Positions 1 to 9,088 of a DNA stretch of 64,000 bases are shown piece by piece. A program made the position numbers and the translations under genes. The notes below the pieces were generated by a model that did no database searches, was not told the origin of the DNA, and worked only from the letters and a program-made list of their open reading frames with translations. This DNA is from Dehalococcoidia bacterium (lineage in GTDB: Bacteria > Chloroflexota > Dehalococcoidia > Plut-88900), in contig CBDBLV010000004.1 in NCBI GenBank assembly GCA_965207225.1, positions 640,001 to 704,000 of the forward strand, read 5' to 3'. Each line of letters starts with the position of its first letter. Within the stretch, counting starts at the first letter, position 1.

Positions 1-200
1 GGGTGGAGTGCCTGGTCCCGGGGCTCGGGTGGGTGGGCCTCGATCCGACAAACAACTGGATTGTGGGAGAGAGGCACGTACGGGTAGCGGTGGGTCGAGA
101 CTACCGGGACGTATCGCCGACTCGGGGGGTTATGCTGGGGGCTGGGGAGACGAGGCTGGAGGTGGAAGTGCGAATGGAGTCCCTCGTCCCTACCAGCTAG
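1..200 (+). CDS. Transglutaminase-like family protein, C-terminal part (5' truncated by window)
   Basis: VECLVPGLGWVGLDPTNN...HVRVAVGRDYRDVSP is typical of bacterial transglutaminase-like proteins. Confidence 0.85.
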   Translation, partial: VECLVPGLGWVGLDPTNNWIVGERHVRVAVGRDYRDVSPTRGVMLGAGETRLEVEVRMESLVPTS

Positions 201-238
201 TTCATCGCTCCCTAGAGGCTCTCAGTAAAGTCAGGGAG

Positions 239-1720
239 TTATCGCGCTCCGTAGACGAGGTTGGGAAGCCACAGGGCGATCTGGGGGAAGGCGAGGACCA
301 ACCCCGCGGTGACGGCCATACAGATCATGAAGGGAAGAACGCCTATCCATACATCCTTGATGGTCCTCTGAGGCATGGGACTGTCTGTGCGTTCGGCCTG
401 TTCACGGTCGATATCTCGGCGGACGCCGTGGAGCACGTAGAGATTTATGCCCTCCGGAGGGCTGATGAGTGCGGCCTCGACCAGGATCACCATGATGACG
501 CCAAACCATACGAGGTCGACTCCGGCGGCATTAAGGGCAGGCAGGAGAATGGGAACGGTCGTGACCATCATGGCGAAGCTCTCCATGAAGGTGCCCAATA
601 TTAGATAGAAGATGACCAGGGCCAGGACCAGTTGCCAATCGTTGAGCTGCAGGTCTGAAATCACTTCGGCGATTTGCTGGGAGATGCCGAGTCGGGCAAA
701 GGCGAAGCTGAGAGTGAGGGCGGCGAGCAGTATCAGGAAGATCATTCCCGTGGTGCGTACGGCAGAGAGCAGGGAGTCGCGCACCATGCGGAAGTTGCTT
801 TCCATGACGGCGGAGACCATTGGCCGGTCGGATGGGGGGTCTTCCGCGGAGTCGATGGGGGCTAGGCCACTCAATCCGGCGGTATTGAGGAGGCGTCGGG
901 CGGAGGGGACGATGATATCGGCGGAATTGAAGAGGATGGCAAGGAGGAATGCGCCGGTAACGCCGAAGGCCGCGGCTTCTCCTGGGCTGGCGAGGCCCAG
1001 GTAGATAGCGCCGAGAACGAGGAAGACTAGGGCCAGCATAGGAAGAAGCTGGAAGATGCCGAGCAGTCTCATGCGCCAGCCCTGCCAGGAGGCTAACCCG
1101 TAGCCCTGTTCCCTCGGGGCCATGCCACGCCAGACGAGAGCCACAATCGCGATCATCACCATGAACGAAAGGGCGAGTAGAAGGCCGGGGATGAATCCGG
1201 CCATGAAGAGTCGGCCGACGGACTCCTCCACGAGAACCCCGTACAAGATTAGGGTGATGCTGGGAGGTATGAGGATGCCCAGGGTCCCGCCCGCGGCCAG
1301 TGAGCCTATGACCATCCTTTCGGAGTAACCCCGCTGTCGGAAGGAGGGGAGGGAGACGCGGCTGATGGTGGCCGAGGTCGCGACACTGGATCCGGAGCAG
1401 GCGGCAAACAGGGCGGAAGAAACGATATTGGTGTGAACAAGCCCACCGGGCAGGAACCAGACCCAGCGGGAGATTACGGCATACATGCGCTCGCCGATGC
1501 CCGAGCGGTTTATGAGTTCGCCCATGAGGAGGAACAGTGGGATGGCAACCAGGATGAATCCGGTGTTAACGTCGAAGGCCTTGCTGGACACGATGTTCCA
1601 GAGAGCGGGCTTGCCGAAGAAGAAGAGCATGACGAGGGAAAGGCAGCCCAGGGCCCCGGCCACGTACATGCCGGCCATGAAGAAGGCCCCCATCAAGCCG
1701 AATGCTACGCCGATTGCCAC
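239..1720 (-). CDS. dctM: TRAP transporter large permease
   Basis: AIPLFLLMG, FAACSGSSVA and GGTLGILIPPS motifs; highly hydrophobic; adjacent to dctQ/dctP. Confidence 0.93.
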   Translation of the reverse strand: MAIGVAFGLMGAFFMAGMYVAGALGCLSLVMLFFFGKPALWNIVSSKAFDVNTGFILVAIPLFLLMGELINRSGIGERMYAVISRWVWFLPGGLVHTNIVSSALFAACSGSSVATSATISRVSLPSFRQRGYSERMVIGSLAAGGTLGILIPPSITLILYGVLVEESVGRLFMAGFIPGLLLALSFMVMIAIVALVWRGMAPREQGYGLASWQGWRMRLLGIFQLLPMLALVFLVLGAIYLGLASPGEAAAFGVTGAFLLAILFNSADIIVPSARRLLNTAGLSGLAPIDSAEDPPSDRPMVSAVMESNFRMVRDSLLSAVRTTGMIFLILLAALTLSFAFARLGISQQIAEVISDLQLNDWQLVLALVIFYLILGTFMESFAMMVTTVPILLPALNAAGVDLVWFGVIMVILVEAALISPPEGINLYVLHGVRRDIDREQAERTDSPMPQRTIKDVWIGVLPFMICMAVTAGLVLAFPQIALWLPNLVYGAR

Positions 1721-1723
1721 AGG

Positions 1724-2365
1724 TCAATCTCTCCTTCGATTCGCCGGTACAGATTCGCTATCCAGGTGTTCTCGGGAGATGTCGGCGCCGCCCATGAGCT
1801 TGTGGATGGTCGGGAGGGACTTCTCGGCGAGGATGGAGAGGAGCATTTGAAGGCAGGCCGCCAACAGAAGGGTGTAACCGACGGCTATGAAGGCCTTGGG
1901 GAAGAAGAGGGGGGTGCGGGGATAGTCGTTGCTGTACTGATTCAGCTGGTATGAAGTGATAACGTCTCCCCACATCTTCCAGGTGACGATGTAGGCAAGA
2001 AAAGCCAGTCCCATAACGGCGACGAAGTCTGCAATTGCCCGGACCCTGGGGCCCATGAGAGGAAGCAGGACGTCGATGCGGACATTGGCGTCGGAGCGGA
2101 GGGTGTAGGCGAGCCCCCAGGTGGCCGCCATCCCGAGGACGTAGCCGCTCATCACGTCGGTCCCGGGGGCGCGGGGCCAGTCGAGGTTTCGGGCAGCAAC
2201 CTGGTAGGTTATGAAGAAGCCGAGGAGGAGGAGTTCTAGGCCGCAGAGGTAGCCAAGATATTTGTAGAGAACGTCAGCCTTGCCGCTGAGTGCCCGGACG
2301 GCTAGCAATAGAAACAGAGCGGGGGTCCTGCGGCCCGAGTAGGTCGTTGGGCTGATGGTGCTCAT
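1724..2365 (-). CDS. dctQ: TRAP transporter small permease
   Basis: 4 TM segments, LAYTLRSDANVRIDVL motif, lies between dctP and dctM. Confidence 0.88.
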   Translation of the reverse strand: MSTISPTTYSGRRTPALFLLLAVRALSGKADVLYKYLGYLCGLELLLLGFFITYQVAARNLDWPRAPGTDVMSGYVLGMAATWGLAYTLRSDANVRIDVLLPLMGPRVRAIADFVAVMGLAFLAYIVTWKMWGDVITSYQLNQYSNDYPRTPLFFPKAFIAVGYTLLLAACLQMLLSILAEKSLPTIHKLMGGADISREHLDSESVPANRRRD

Positions 2366-2452
2366 GCAGTGCTCGGCGGGTCAGGGGTAGGAAGATTGTA
2401 GGGAGGGGCGGGAACGTACGCAATGCGGGGACCGGTTACGGGAAAAACGGAA

Positions 2453-2488
2453 GAAGGCTATCGGCAGAGCGTTCTGCCGACAGCCTTC
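2453..2488. terminator. Intercistronic hairpin after dctP (terminator or mRNA stabiliser)
   Basis: gaaggctatcggcaga-gcgt-tctgccgacagccttc inverted repeat. Confidence 0.55.
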
Positions 2489-2512
2489 CAATCGATCAGT
2501 CTAAGGTTTTAG

Positions 2513-4084
2513 CTACCTTGCTCGGGAGCCCTTGGTGATGGGAACCTCGGTTATTGAGCCATCCTCGTTGAAGGAGTAGCCGACGTAAGGGCTTATGACA
2601 TCGTTAAAGGTGGCTACTACATCGGCGTTTCTGTCGGGGTAGCCGAGCCTCTTTATCCAGCCGGGAAGGATGTGCCCGGGTAAAACGACGTTGTCGATGT
2701 GGTCCAGGATTTCCTGGGAGAAGGGTACGGGGGTCATGCCGAGAGCCAGGTTGGCCTGCATTGCATACAAGTTATCGAAGGGGGCGAGGCGCAGGGCTTC
2801 CAGTTCAGCCTTGGCCCCTTCTTCAATGATGATCTGCTGAATGTCCTCAGGAATGTCGTTCCAGATGTCCTTGTTTATGACGTTGTTGGTGTAGCCGAAG
2901 GCGATGATAGGGCCGGCCAGGTAGTCGGTGACCTCATAAATCCTGTCGGAAAGGGATAGAAGGATGCCGAGGGTGGTGGCATCAACCTGGCCAATCTCGA
3001 TGGCGGTATAAGACTGACCAGGGCCGAGGAAGACGGGTTCTGCGCCCAGGCCGGTTATGAAGTCGGACATTGATGCGCTGTGGGAACGGATTTTGATGCC
3101 CCCAAAGTCGGCTACGGACAACAGGGGCTTGTTCCCGTAGAACCATTGGTCCGAGCCGGCGAACCAGTTGCGGTTGATTACGGGGCTGCCACCACTGGAT
3201 TCCAATATGATCCTGTCTACGTCCGGCGCGAGCTCCGTGAGTATGGAGTAAGTGGTCTCCCAGTCCTGAGAAGTACCCCATAGGGACTGGACTTCCAGGG
3301 CGGGAACGGCGCCTGCAACGTAACCTGTGTAGATGTTGGCCATGTCCAGGGTGCCGTCGCCCACCTGCTGCAGGGTCTCGGGGCCGGCGAGCCCGAGCTC
3401 AGGGAAGGATGTAACCGTCAGTTGGACCTGGCCATTGGTCCGCTGAGCCAGGTTCGGGGCCAAGTATGCCTGAACGATAACGCAAGTAGCCAAGGTCCTG
3501 GTTATGCAGGCGTGCTGTATTTCTATGCTCTCGCCCGAAGAGGTGAGAGGTGTAGGGTTGGTGAGTCTGGCTTTTTCAATGAGACCCTGGTAGTAGTCGC
3601 TGGTGTAAATGAACATGTGGCTGGAGATGCCCATGGAGGGAAGCCCGACAATGGATGCCGTCAATGCCTGGAGGTACTGGGCCTCGGTGGCCTGGAACAT
3701 CAGCCCGGGATGGGGAGGGGGACCGACCAGCTGCGTGGGGTCACCGACAAATATAGCGCCAGGGCCTCCGGCGTGCTCGGCAGCGTAGGCCGCCAGGGCG
3801 TCCTCGGGTGAAGGGGCGGGAGGCTCAGGGGTGTCGGCGGGCGCAGGGACCGGGGTGTCTTCCGGCTCGGGAGCAGGGGTATCAGCAGGAGCGGGAACAG
3901 GGGTGTCGGCGGGATCGGGGACAGCCGTATCGGCAGGAGCGGGGGCCGGCGCGGTCGGGGTGGGCTGGGGAGGGGTGGTTGCGTCGGCTTCGGGTTCTTC
4001 ATCTCCGCCACAAGCCGCGAGAAGCAGAGCGAGCAAGGTGGCAGCTGCAACTACGGCGAGGGCTTTAGAGATACGGCGTTTCAT
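2513..4084 (-). CDS. dctP: TRAP transporter substrate-binding lipoprotein with Pro/Thr/Ala-rich linker
   Basis: Lipobox LLAAC; PAPADTP repeats; DctP-like core (RTNGQVQL, GDGTLDMA, FGGIKIRS, GLGAEPV). Confidence 0.85.
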   Translation of the reverse strand: MKRRISKALAVVAAATLLALLLAACGGDEEPEADATTPPQPTPTAPAPAPADTAVPDPADTPVPAPADTPAPEPEDTPVPAPADTPEPPAPSPEDALAAYAAEHAGGPGAIFVGDPTQLVGPPPHPGLMFQATEAQYLQALTASIVGLPSMGISSHMFIYTSDYYQGLIEKARLTNPTPLTSSGESIEIQHACITRTLATCVIVQAYLAPNLAQRTNGQVQLTVTSFPELGLAGPETLQQVGDGTLDMANIYTGYVAGAVPALEVQSLWGTSQDWETTYSILTELAPDVDRIILESSGGSPVINRNWFAGSDQWFYGNKPLLSVADFGGIKIRSHSASMSDFITGLGAEPVFLGPGQSYTAIEIGQVDATTLGILLSLSDRIYEVTDYLAGPIIAFGYTNNVINKDIWNDIPEDIQQIIIEEGAKAELEALRLAPFDNLYAMQANLALGMTPVPFSQEILDHIDNVVLPGHILPGWIKRLGYPDRNADVVATFNDVISPYVGYSFNEDGSITEVPITKGSRAR

Positions 4085-4322
4085 CGGGTAGCTCCTCTAT
4101 GGGCCGGGAAATGTGGCGGTCGCGGGTCATTGTAGGCTGATGGTTTCAAAGGGTCAACAATTCTCAGCAGAGCACTACCATTACCCCAAGGTTGAAACAC
4201 AACTGACCGGACCCGGCAATCGATACGCCATCCAGCCTATCGCAGCGGAAAGGGTAAATATCGACCGGGTCTCCACGTTAAGGGAGCCTGTATATCGGGC
4301 CCTTTAACCGTGCGGTTCGGGA

Positions 4323-6200
4323 CTACAAGTCCGTACGATATATGTAGCGGGTATCGTAGAGGCCGTAGAGAGTCGGGGTGGTGTTGCCGAAGACGTTGCG
4401 AATGGCGCTCAGGCGCTCGGAAAGGCTGGTGTAGATTAAAGGCACGTTCTCGGCGTCGATCTCCTGGGCACGACGATACAGGTCGATACGCTTATCCCGG
4501 TCCAGCTCGCGACTTGCCATTATGTATAGTTCGTCTATCTCGGCCTCCCAGTCGGTGGCGGGCTCAGGCTGATTGGGATACCAGAGGTGCAGGTTTTCGC
4601 CGCTGTGCCAGAGGCTTATGCCGGAGTGGGGGTCGGGGCCGCCGGTGAAACCTATGAGGATGGCCTCCCAATCATAGGACTGGGTAAGCTGGGAGACGAG
4701 GTCTCCGAAGTCGATCGTACGGTAGTCCACGTCGAGTCCGATTTGCTCCATACCCAGACTGATTTTGTCTCCAACCCGTTCACGCACACTGTTGCCGGAA
4801 TTGGTCACAAGGGAGATTTCAATTTCGTTGCCTGCGGTATCTTCGCGGATGCCGTTGCCGTTGGTATCCACCCAACCAAGGCCATCGAGGATAGCGTTGG
4901 CCTTGTCTATGTCGTATTCGTAGCGTCGGGCGTTGGGGTTATGGAAGTCACCGGCGGCCGGACTTATGGATGACCACTGGGGGTAGCCGGAACCGTGCAG
5001 GATTTCGTTGATGATGGCTTCCTTGTCTATCGTATGGGCAACGGCTTGCCGGAACTCCTTGTTCTGGAACCATGCCAGCTTGTGGGACTCCACATAGGGT
5101 TCGTAGGTATCCGGGTTGCTTCCGGGATTCATGTTAAAGGTAAGAAACGTGGTGCCGAAAGCAGGTCCCCGACGGTGAACGGTGAAGTTTCCTTCAGCCT
5201 GGAGGGGTTCAAGCTGTACCAACTCCTCTCCGAGTATGCCGTGGGTGTCCGCCACTCCATCCAGGAACATTTCCAGTTCCGCTTCCAAGTCTGGGACTAT
5301 GATGCGGACAATATTGTCGAGATAGGGCAAGGAATTGCCCTGGGCATCCTTGAGCCAGTAGTCCGGGTTCCGTTTGTGGACCAATCGCTCGCCGGGAACG
5401 TAGCTCTCGATAGTGAATGGGCCGGTACCGATGATCTCTGCAGGATCAGTGTTGATGTCCCAGATTTCGTTGAAAGTGCCATCATCTACATGCTTCTCCA
5501 GGACATGCCTGGGGTAGATAGCCGTGCCCATGGAGCGAAGGAAAGGTGCGAACGGGGCCGGGAGGACGCACTGCACGGTGTAATCATCCAATGCAGTCAC
5601 GGTCATTGGGCTCTCCTCCCAGACCCCCGTGTCCTCGTTCAGAAATCGGAATTGGAAGGAAGCTCGGCTGCTAGCAGGAATGTCGTCGTTGTAGATGATG
5701 CGGTTGAATGTGAATTCGACATCGTGGGCCGTAAAGGGCGTACCATCGTGCCATCGGACGTCACGTCGGATGTTAAAGGTCCAGGTCAAGCCGTCATCGG
5801 AGTGGTCCCATGACTCGGCGAGGGAAGGTTCCACCTCGTCGGTAAGCCAGGAGGTCTCGGTAAGGCCATCGAAGAGGTAGCCTAGGACGCCGGAGGATGA
5901 GGCGTCGGTTGAAATGGCCAGGTTGAAGGTGAGGGGCTCGGAAATTGTCGCGAAGGTAAGGTCGCCGCCATGCTTGCCAATGGAGTACTCGAACTGTTCG
6001 GCGTTCATTCTTAGTTGGTCAACCACCGTAGGCTCAGGCGTGGCAGAAGGGGGTGGGGCGGTGGGGGTGGGGGCTACAGGGGTTGGGTCGTGGTGCTCTT
6101 CGGGGGTGGGGTGGATATCTTCCCAGCAGGCGGACAGCAGTAGCAGGGAAAGAAGGAGAAAGCTAACCAGGGTGATACGTGCGGCCAACTTGATTGTCAT
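4323..6200 (-). CDS. ABC transporter substrate-binding lipoprotein, family 5 (peptide/nickel type)
   Basis: Lipobox LLSAC; PSLAESW, TWTFNIRRDVRWHDGTPFTAHDVEFTF and IGTGPF motifs. Confidence 0.92.
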   Translation of the reverse strand: MTIKLAARITLVSFLLLSLLLLSACWEDIHPTPEEHHDPTPVAPTPTAPPPSATPEPTVVDQLRMNAEQFEYSIGKHGGDLTFATISEPLTFNLAISTDASSSGVLGYLFDGLTETSWLTDEVEPSLAESWDHSDDGLTWTFNIRRDVRWHDGTPFTAHDVEFTFNRIIYNDDIPASSRASFQFRFLNEDTGVWEESPMTVTALDDYTVQCVLPAPFAPFLRSMGTAIYPRHVLEKHVDDGTFNEIWDINTDPAEIIGTGPFTIESYVPGERLVHKRNPDYWLKDAQGNSLPYLDNIVRIIVPDLEAELEMFLDGVADTHGILGEELVQLEPLQAEGNFTVHRRGPAFGTTFLTFNMNPGSNPDTYEPYVESHKLAWFQNKEFRQAVAHTIDKEAIINEILHGSGYPQWSSISPAAGDFHNPNARRYEYDIDKANAILDGLGWVDTNGNGIREDTAGNEIEISLVTNSGNSVRERVGDKISLGMEQIGLDVDYRTIDFGDLVSQLTQSYDWEAILIGFTGGPDPHSGISLWHSGENLHLWYPNQPEPATDWEAEIDELYIMASRELDRDKRIDLYRRAQEIDAENVPLIYTSLSERLSAIRNVFGNTTPTLYGLYDTRYIYRTDL

Positions 6201-6255
6201 GATTCCCGGATAAAGTCCTTTCGCATGGAAGTCTAGGTTAAACGTGTATAGGAAG

Positions 6256-6963
6256 CTAGGGTCGGGGGTCTGGGACAGCTTTGGCTACGAAGTGCCTTTC
6301 TACTCGGCCGGTTACGAGCATGAAGCCAATGATGACCAACCAAAGCAAGAATACAATGCCGGTGATGCGGTGAACTATGGTGGCGGCATCCAACCAGATG
6401 AACTGCATGGCAACGCCTAATATGGCAGACAAGGGTGCAATCTTCTTCAACGGCATTCCGGCTTTCCACTGCTGCCTTGCGGCAATAAGAAGACCCACGC
6501 CGGCAAGGGTGAAGCCTATCTTTCCGGTTATCCAACGGGCGGCGCCAAGGGCCTCAGTCGTCGCACCGATGGATTCAGAATCCGCATTTCCTTGGGCGGT
6601 GACGGAAAGAGCAAGGGCACATGCTCCCGAGACAGCCGTAATGACACCCGACAGCGCAAGAAACACCGGGACCAGGGGATGGCCAAAGCCCTGCCTGATC
6701 ACCCACGTCCGCAAGAGAAGCCATCCGGCAACCAGGAGGGTTATCCCCGAAACGAATCTGGCAATCCCGCCTGTACCATAGAGGAGGCGGCTGTCTGCTA
6801 TTGCGGAGAGGGTTTCGGGGAGGGTGGGGTGGTCGGCGTTGGCTGAAACTCTAGTTACGACGGCCACTAACGTGGCGATTGCTGTCATTATGAGGAATAC
6901 GCCAGCCAGAGGGGCCGAAGAATCCCTTCGACCGATACTTGCTTGCTTCGCTGTATCTTTCAA
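6256..6963 (-). CDS. Hypothetical multi-pass membrane protein
   Basis: 235-aa ORF with about 6 hydrophobic segments. Confidence 0.7.
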   Translation of the reverse strand: MKDTAKQASIGRRDSSAPLAGVFLIMTAIATLVAVVTRVSANADHPTLPETLSAIADSRLLYGTGGIARFVSGITLLVAGWLLLRTWVIRQGFGHPLVPVFLALSGVITAVSGACALALSVTAQGNADSESIGATTEALGAARWITGKIGFTLAGVGLLIAARQQWKAGMPLKKIAPLSAILGVAMQFIWLDAATIVHRITGIVFLLWLVIIGFMLVTGRVERHFVAKAVPDPRP

Positions 6964-7298
6964 GGCGTTGACAATAGCCGGCTAGACAAGATTGCAGACG
7001 CTATTTTAACAGTTTAGGGAAAGGTTGATTGATACTATATATCTAATCTGCTCCTGAGCAGATTCCGAAGTGGCTTTGCCACGGAGTCTGGAGGAAGGAC
7101 TCCAGACGAAGAAAGAAGCATATAAGGAGTGAGGTTCAAGGGCTTAATTTACACCTGAATGACACAGGATGACATCCAAGATCGACCACGGCGAACATTG
7201 ACATGGAGAGGGAGCATTCGGAAGGTCGCAAGGAATTGTGATTCCTAGTAGAATCGGTCGAGTTCTGCTCGACATACCAGGCGCAGGAGGCCACTCCA

Positions 7299-9059
7299 AC
7301 GGCTACGGCAGCAGCTAATCCCCGGTACGAAGTAGACGAAAACCCGCCCCATAGGTCCACATTCGGGCTCGGGTTACAGTTCAGCATTCTTGCTTCAGCG
7401 ACGCTGCTGGTGACGCCTGTCGTGGTGGCAAGGGAGTCGGGGCGCGGCGACTCCTATCTCATTTGGATGGTTTTCGCATCGCTGCTGGTGGTGGGGGTGT
7501 CAACGCTGATCCAGGTGAGGACGATAGGCCCGGTCGGGGGGCGGGCGGTGCTTCCAATGTTCACCGCGGCATTCGCCATCCCATTCTGTATTACGGCGGT
7601 CGTGGACGGGGGCCCGGCAACTCTGGCTACGCTGATCATGGCTTCTGCCATTTTCCAGCTGGTGATTTCCAAGTGGCTTTTCCTGCTGCGGCGGGTTGTG
7701 ACGCCCATCGTAAGCGGCACGGTGATCATGATCCTTTCGATAACGTTGGCCTCGGTGGTGTTTGCTCTTCTGGAAGATGCAACGGAGGAAGAGCCCGGGT
7801 CGGCTCTTCTCACAACACTGGTGACCCTGACCATTGTGGTAGCGCTCACGTTAAGGGGAACGGCGCTGATGAAGTTATGGGCGCCGGTCTTGGGCATCGC
7901 GGCGGGGTGTGCCACGTCGGCGGCGCTGGGAATCTACGATACAACGCTGGTTACGGAGTCGACGTGGGTCGGGCTGCCTGCCGAAATCCCGGACCTGGGC
8001 GTCGACTTTGGGGTGGACTTCTGGGTGCTGCTTCCTTCTTTCTTGTTCCTGGGGGTGATCATCTCCATACAGGTAAACGGAGAAACGGTGGCCAATCAGA
8101 GGGCGTCGTCCAGGGAGCCCAAGGCGATCGATTTTCGCAGGGTGCAGGGAAGTCTGGCAGGGGCGGGGGTAGCCAACCTGATGGCAGGGGCAGCGGGGGC
8201 GGTCCCAATAGTAGTCAACCCGGGGGCGGCGCCCTTCGTACAGGCAACGGGAGTGGCGTCCCGCAGAATCGGCTACGTAATAGGGGTCGTGTTTATCCTG
8301 GTAGCATTTCTTCCGAAGGCGTCGGGGCTGCTTAGCACGATCCCGGGCCCCGTAATGGCAGGATACCTGTTGCTGGTGGTGGGTTCGTTGTTCGTGGAGG
8401 GGGCACGGACGGTGATCCAGAACGAGCAGAACAGGTCCAGGTTGATAGTGGCGGGGATATCGTTCTGGATTGGGGCATCTTTCCAATTCACGCTGTTCAA
8501 TCTGCCCGACCTCGGGCCAGTGGTCGGGGGGCTGATGAAGAGTGCGGTGACGACAGGTGGGGTGTCGGCGGTGCTGATGATCATCTTCCTGGAGCTTACC
8601 AGCTACAGACGGATGCGCTTCCAGGCCAAGCTGCACATCGATTCGCTGCCGGAACTCACGCAGTTCATCGAGCGCTTTTGCAAGAGTCGGCGGTGGAACG
8701 ATGCAATGAGAGATAGACTATCGGCGGTTGCCGAAGAAACGCTGCTCACGCTGGCCCCCCTGGACCTGGAGGCGGAGCTGGAAGAGTTGGAAGAAGACCC
8801 CGACGTTATACCTCGACAGCTGGTTGTTGTGGCTTCGAGCGACGGGCCGGTCGCCGACCTGGAGTTTATAGGAGGTGGCAGCGAAGGGGAAAACGTGGAA
8901 GACCGGATGCGGCAGATGCAGGACCATGAAGAGGAAACGCCCGTAGATACTGAGATTTCTCTCAGGCTATTGAGGCGTTATGCGTCTTCAGTGCGACACC
9001 AGCAATTCCACGACATGGACATCATAACCGTCAGGGTGGGGCCGCCAGGAACAAGGTAG
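7299..9059 (+). CDS. NCS2 (xanthine/uracil permease) family transporter with a soluble C-terminal extension
   Basis: YEVDENPP..GLQ N-terminus, TPIVSGTVIM, TGVASRRIG and STIPGPVMAG motifs. The frame is open upstream of the ORF-track start (7410); AGGAGG at 7285-7290 precedes an in-frame ACG at 7299. Confidence 0.85.
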   Translation, partial: TATAAANPRYEVDENPPHRSTFGLGLQFSILASATLLVTPVVVARESGRGDSYLIWMVFASLLVVGVSTLIQVRTIGPVGGRAVLPMFTAAFAIPFCITAVVDGGPATLATLIMASAIFQLVISKWLFLLRRVVTPIVSGTVIMILSITLASVVFALLEDATEEEPGSALLTTLVTLTIVVALTLRGTALMKLWAPVLGIAAGCATSAALGIYDTTLVTESTWVGLPAEIPDLGVDFGVDFWVLLPSFLFLGVIISIQVNGETVANQRASSREPKAIDFRRVQGSLAGAGVANLMAGAAGAVPIVVNPGAAPFVQATGVASRRIGYVIGVVFILVAFLPKASGLLSTIPGPVMAGYLLLVVGSLFVEGARTVIQNEQNRSRLIVAGISFWIGASFQFTLFNLPDLGPVVGGLMKSAVTTGGVSAVLMIIFLELTSYRRMRFQAKLHIDSLPELTQFIERFCKSRRWNDAMRDRLSAVAEETLLTLAPLDLEAELEELEEDPDVIPRQLVVVASSDGPVADLEFIGGGSEGENVEDRMRQMQDHEEETPVDTEISLRLLRRYASSVRHQQFHDMDIITVRVGPPGTR

Positions 9060-9088
9060 GGGGTCCACTCTCCAGGAGTCGGTTGGGT

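Noticed and set aside
7203-7241. In-frame TGA upstream of the permease as selenocysteine/readthrough
   Set aside because: Upstream peptide is not permease-like; SD + ACG at 7299 explains the N-terminus more simply
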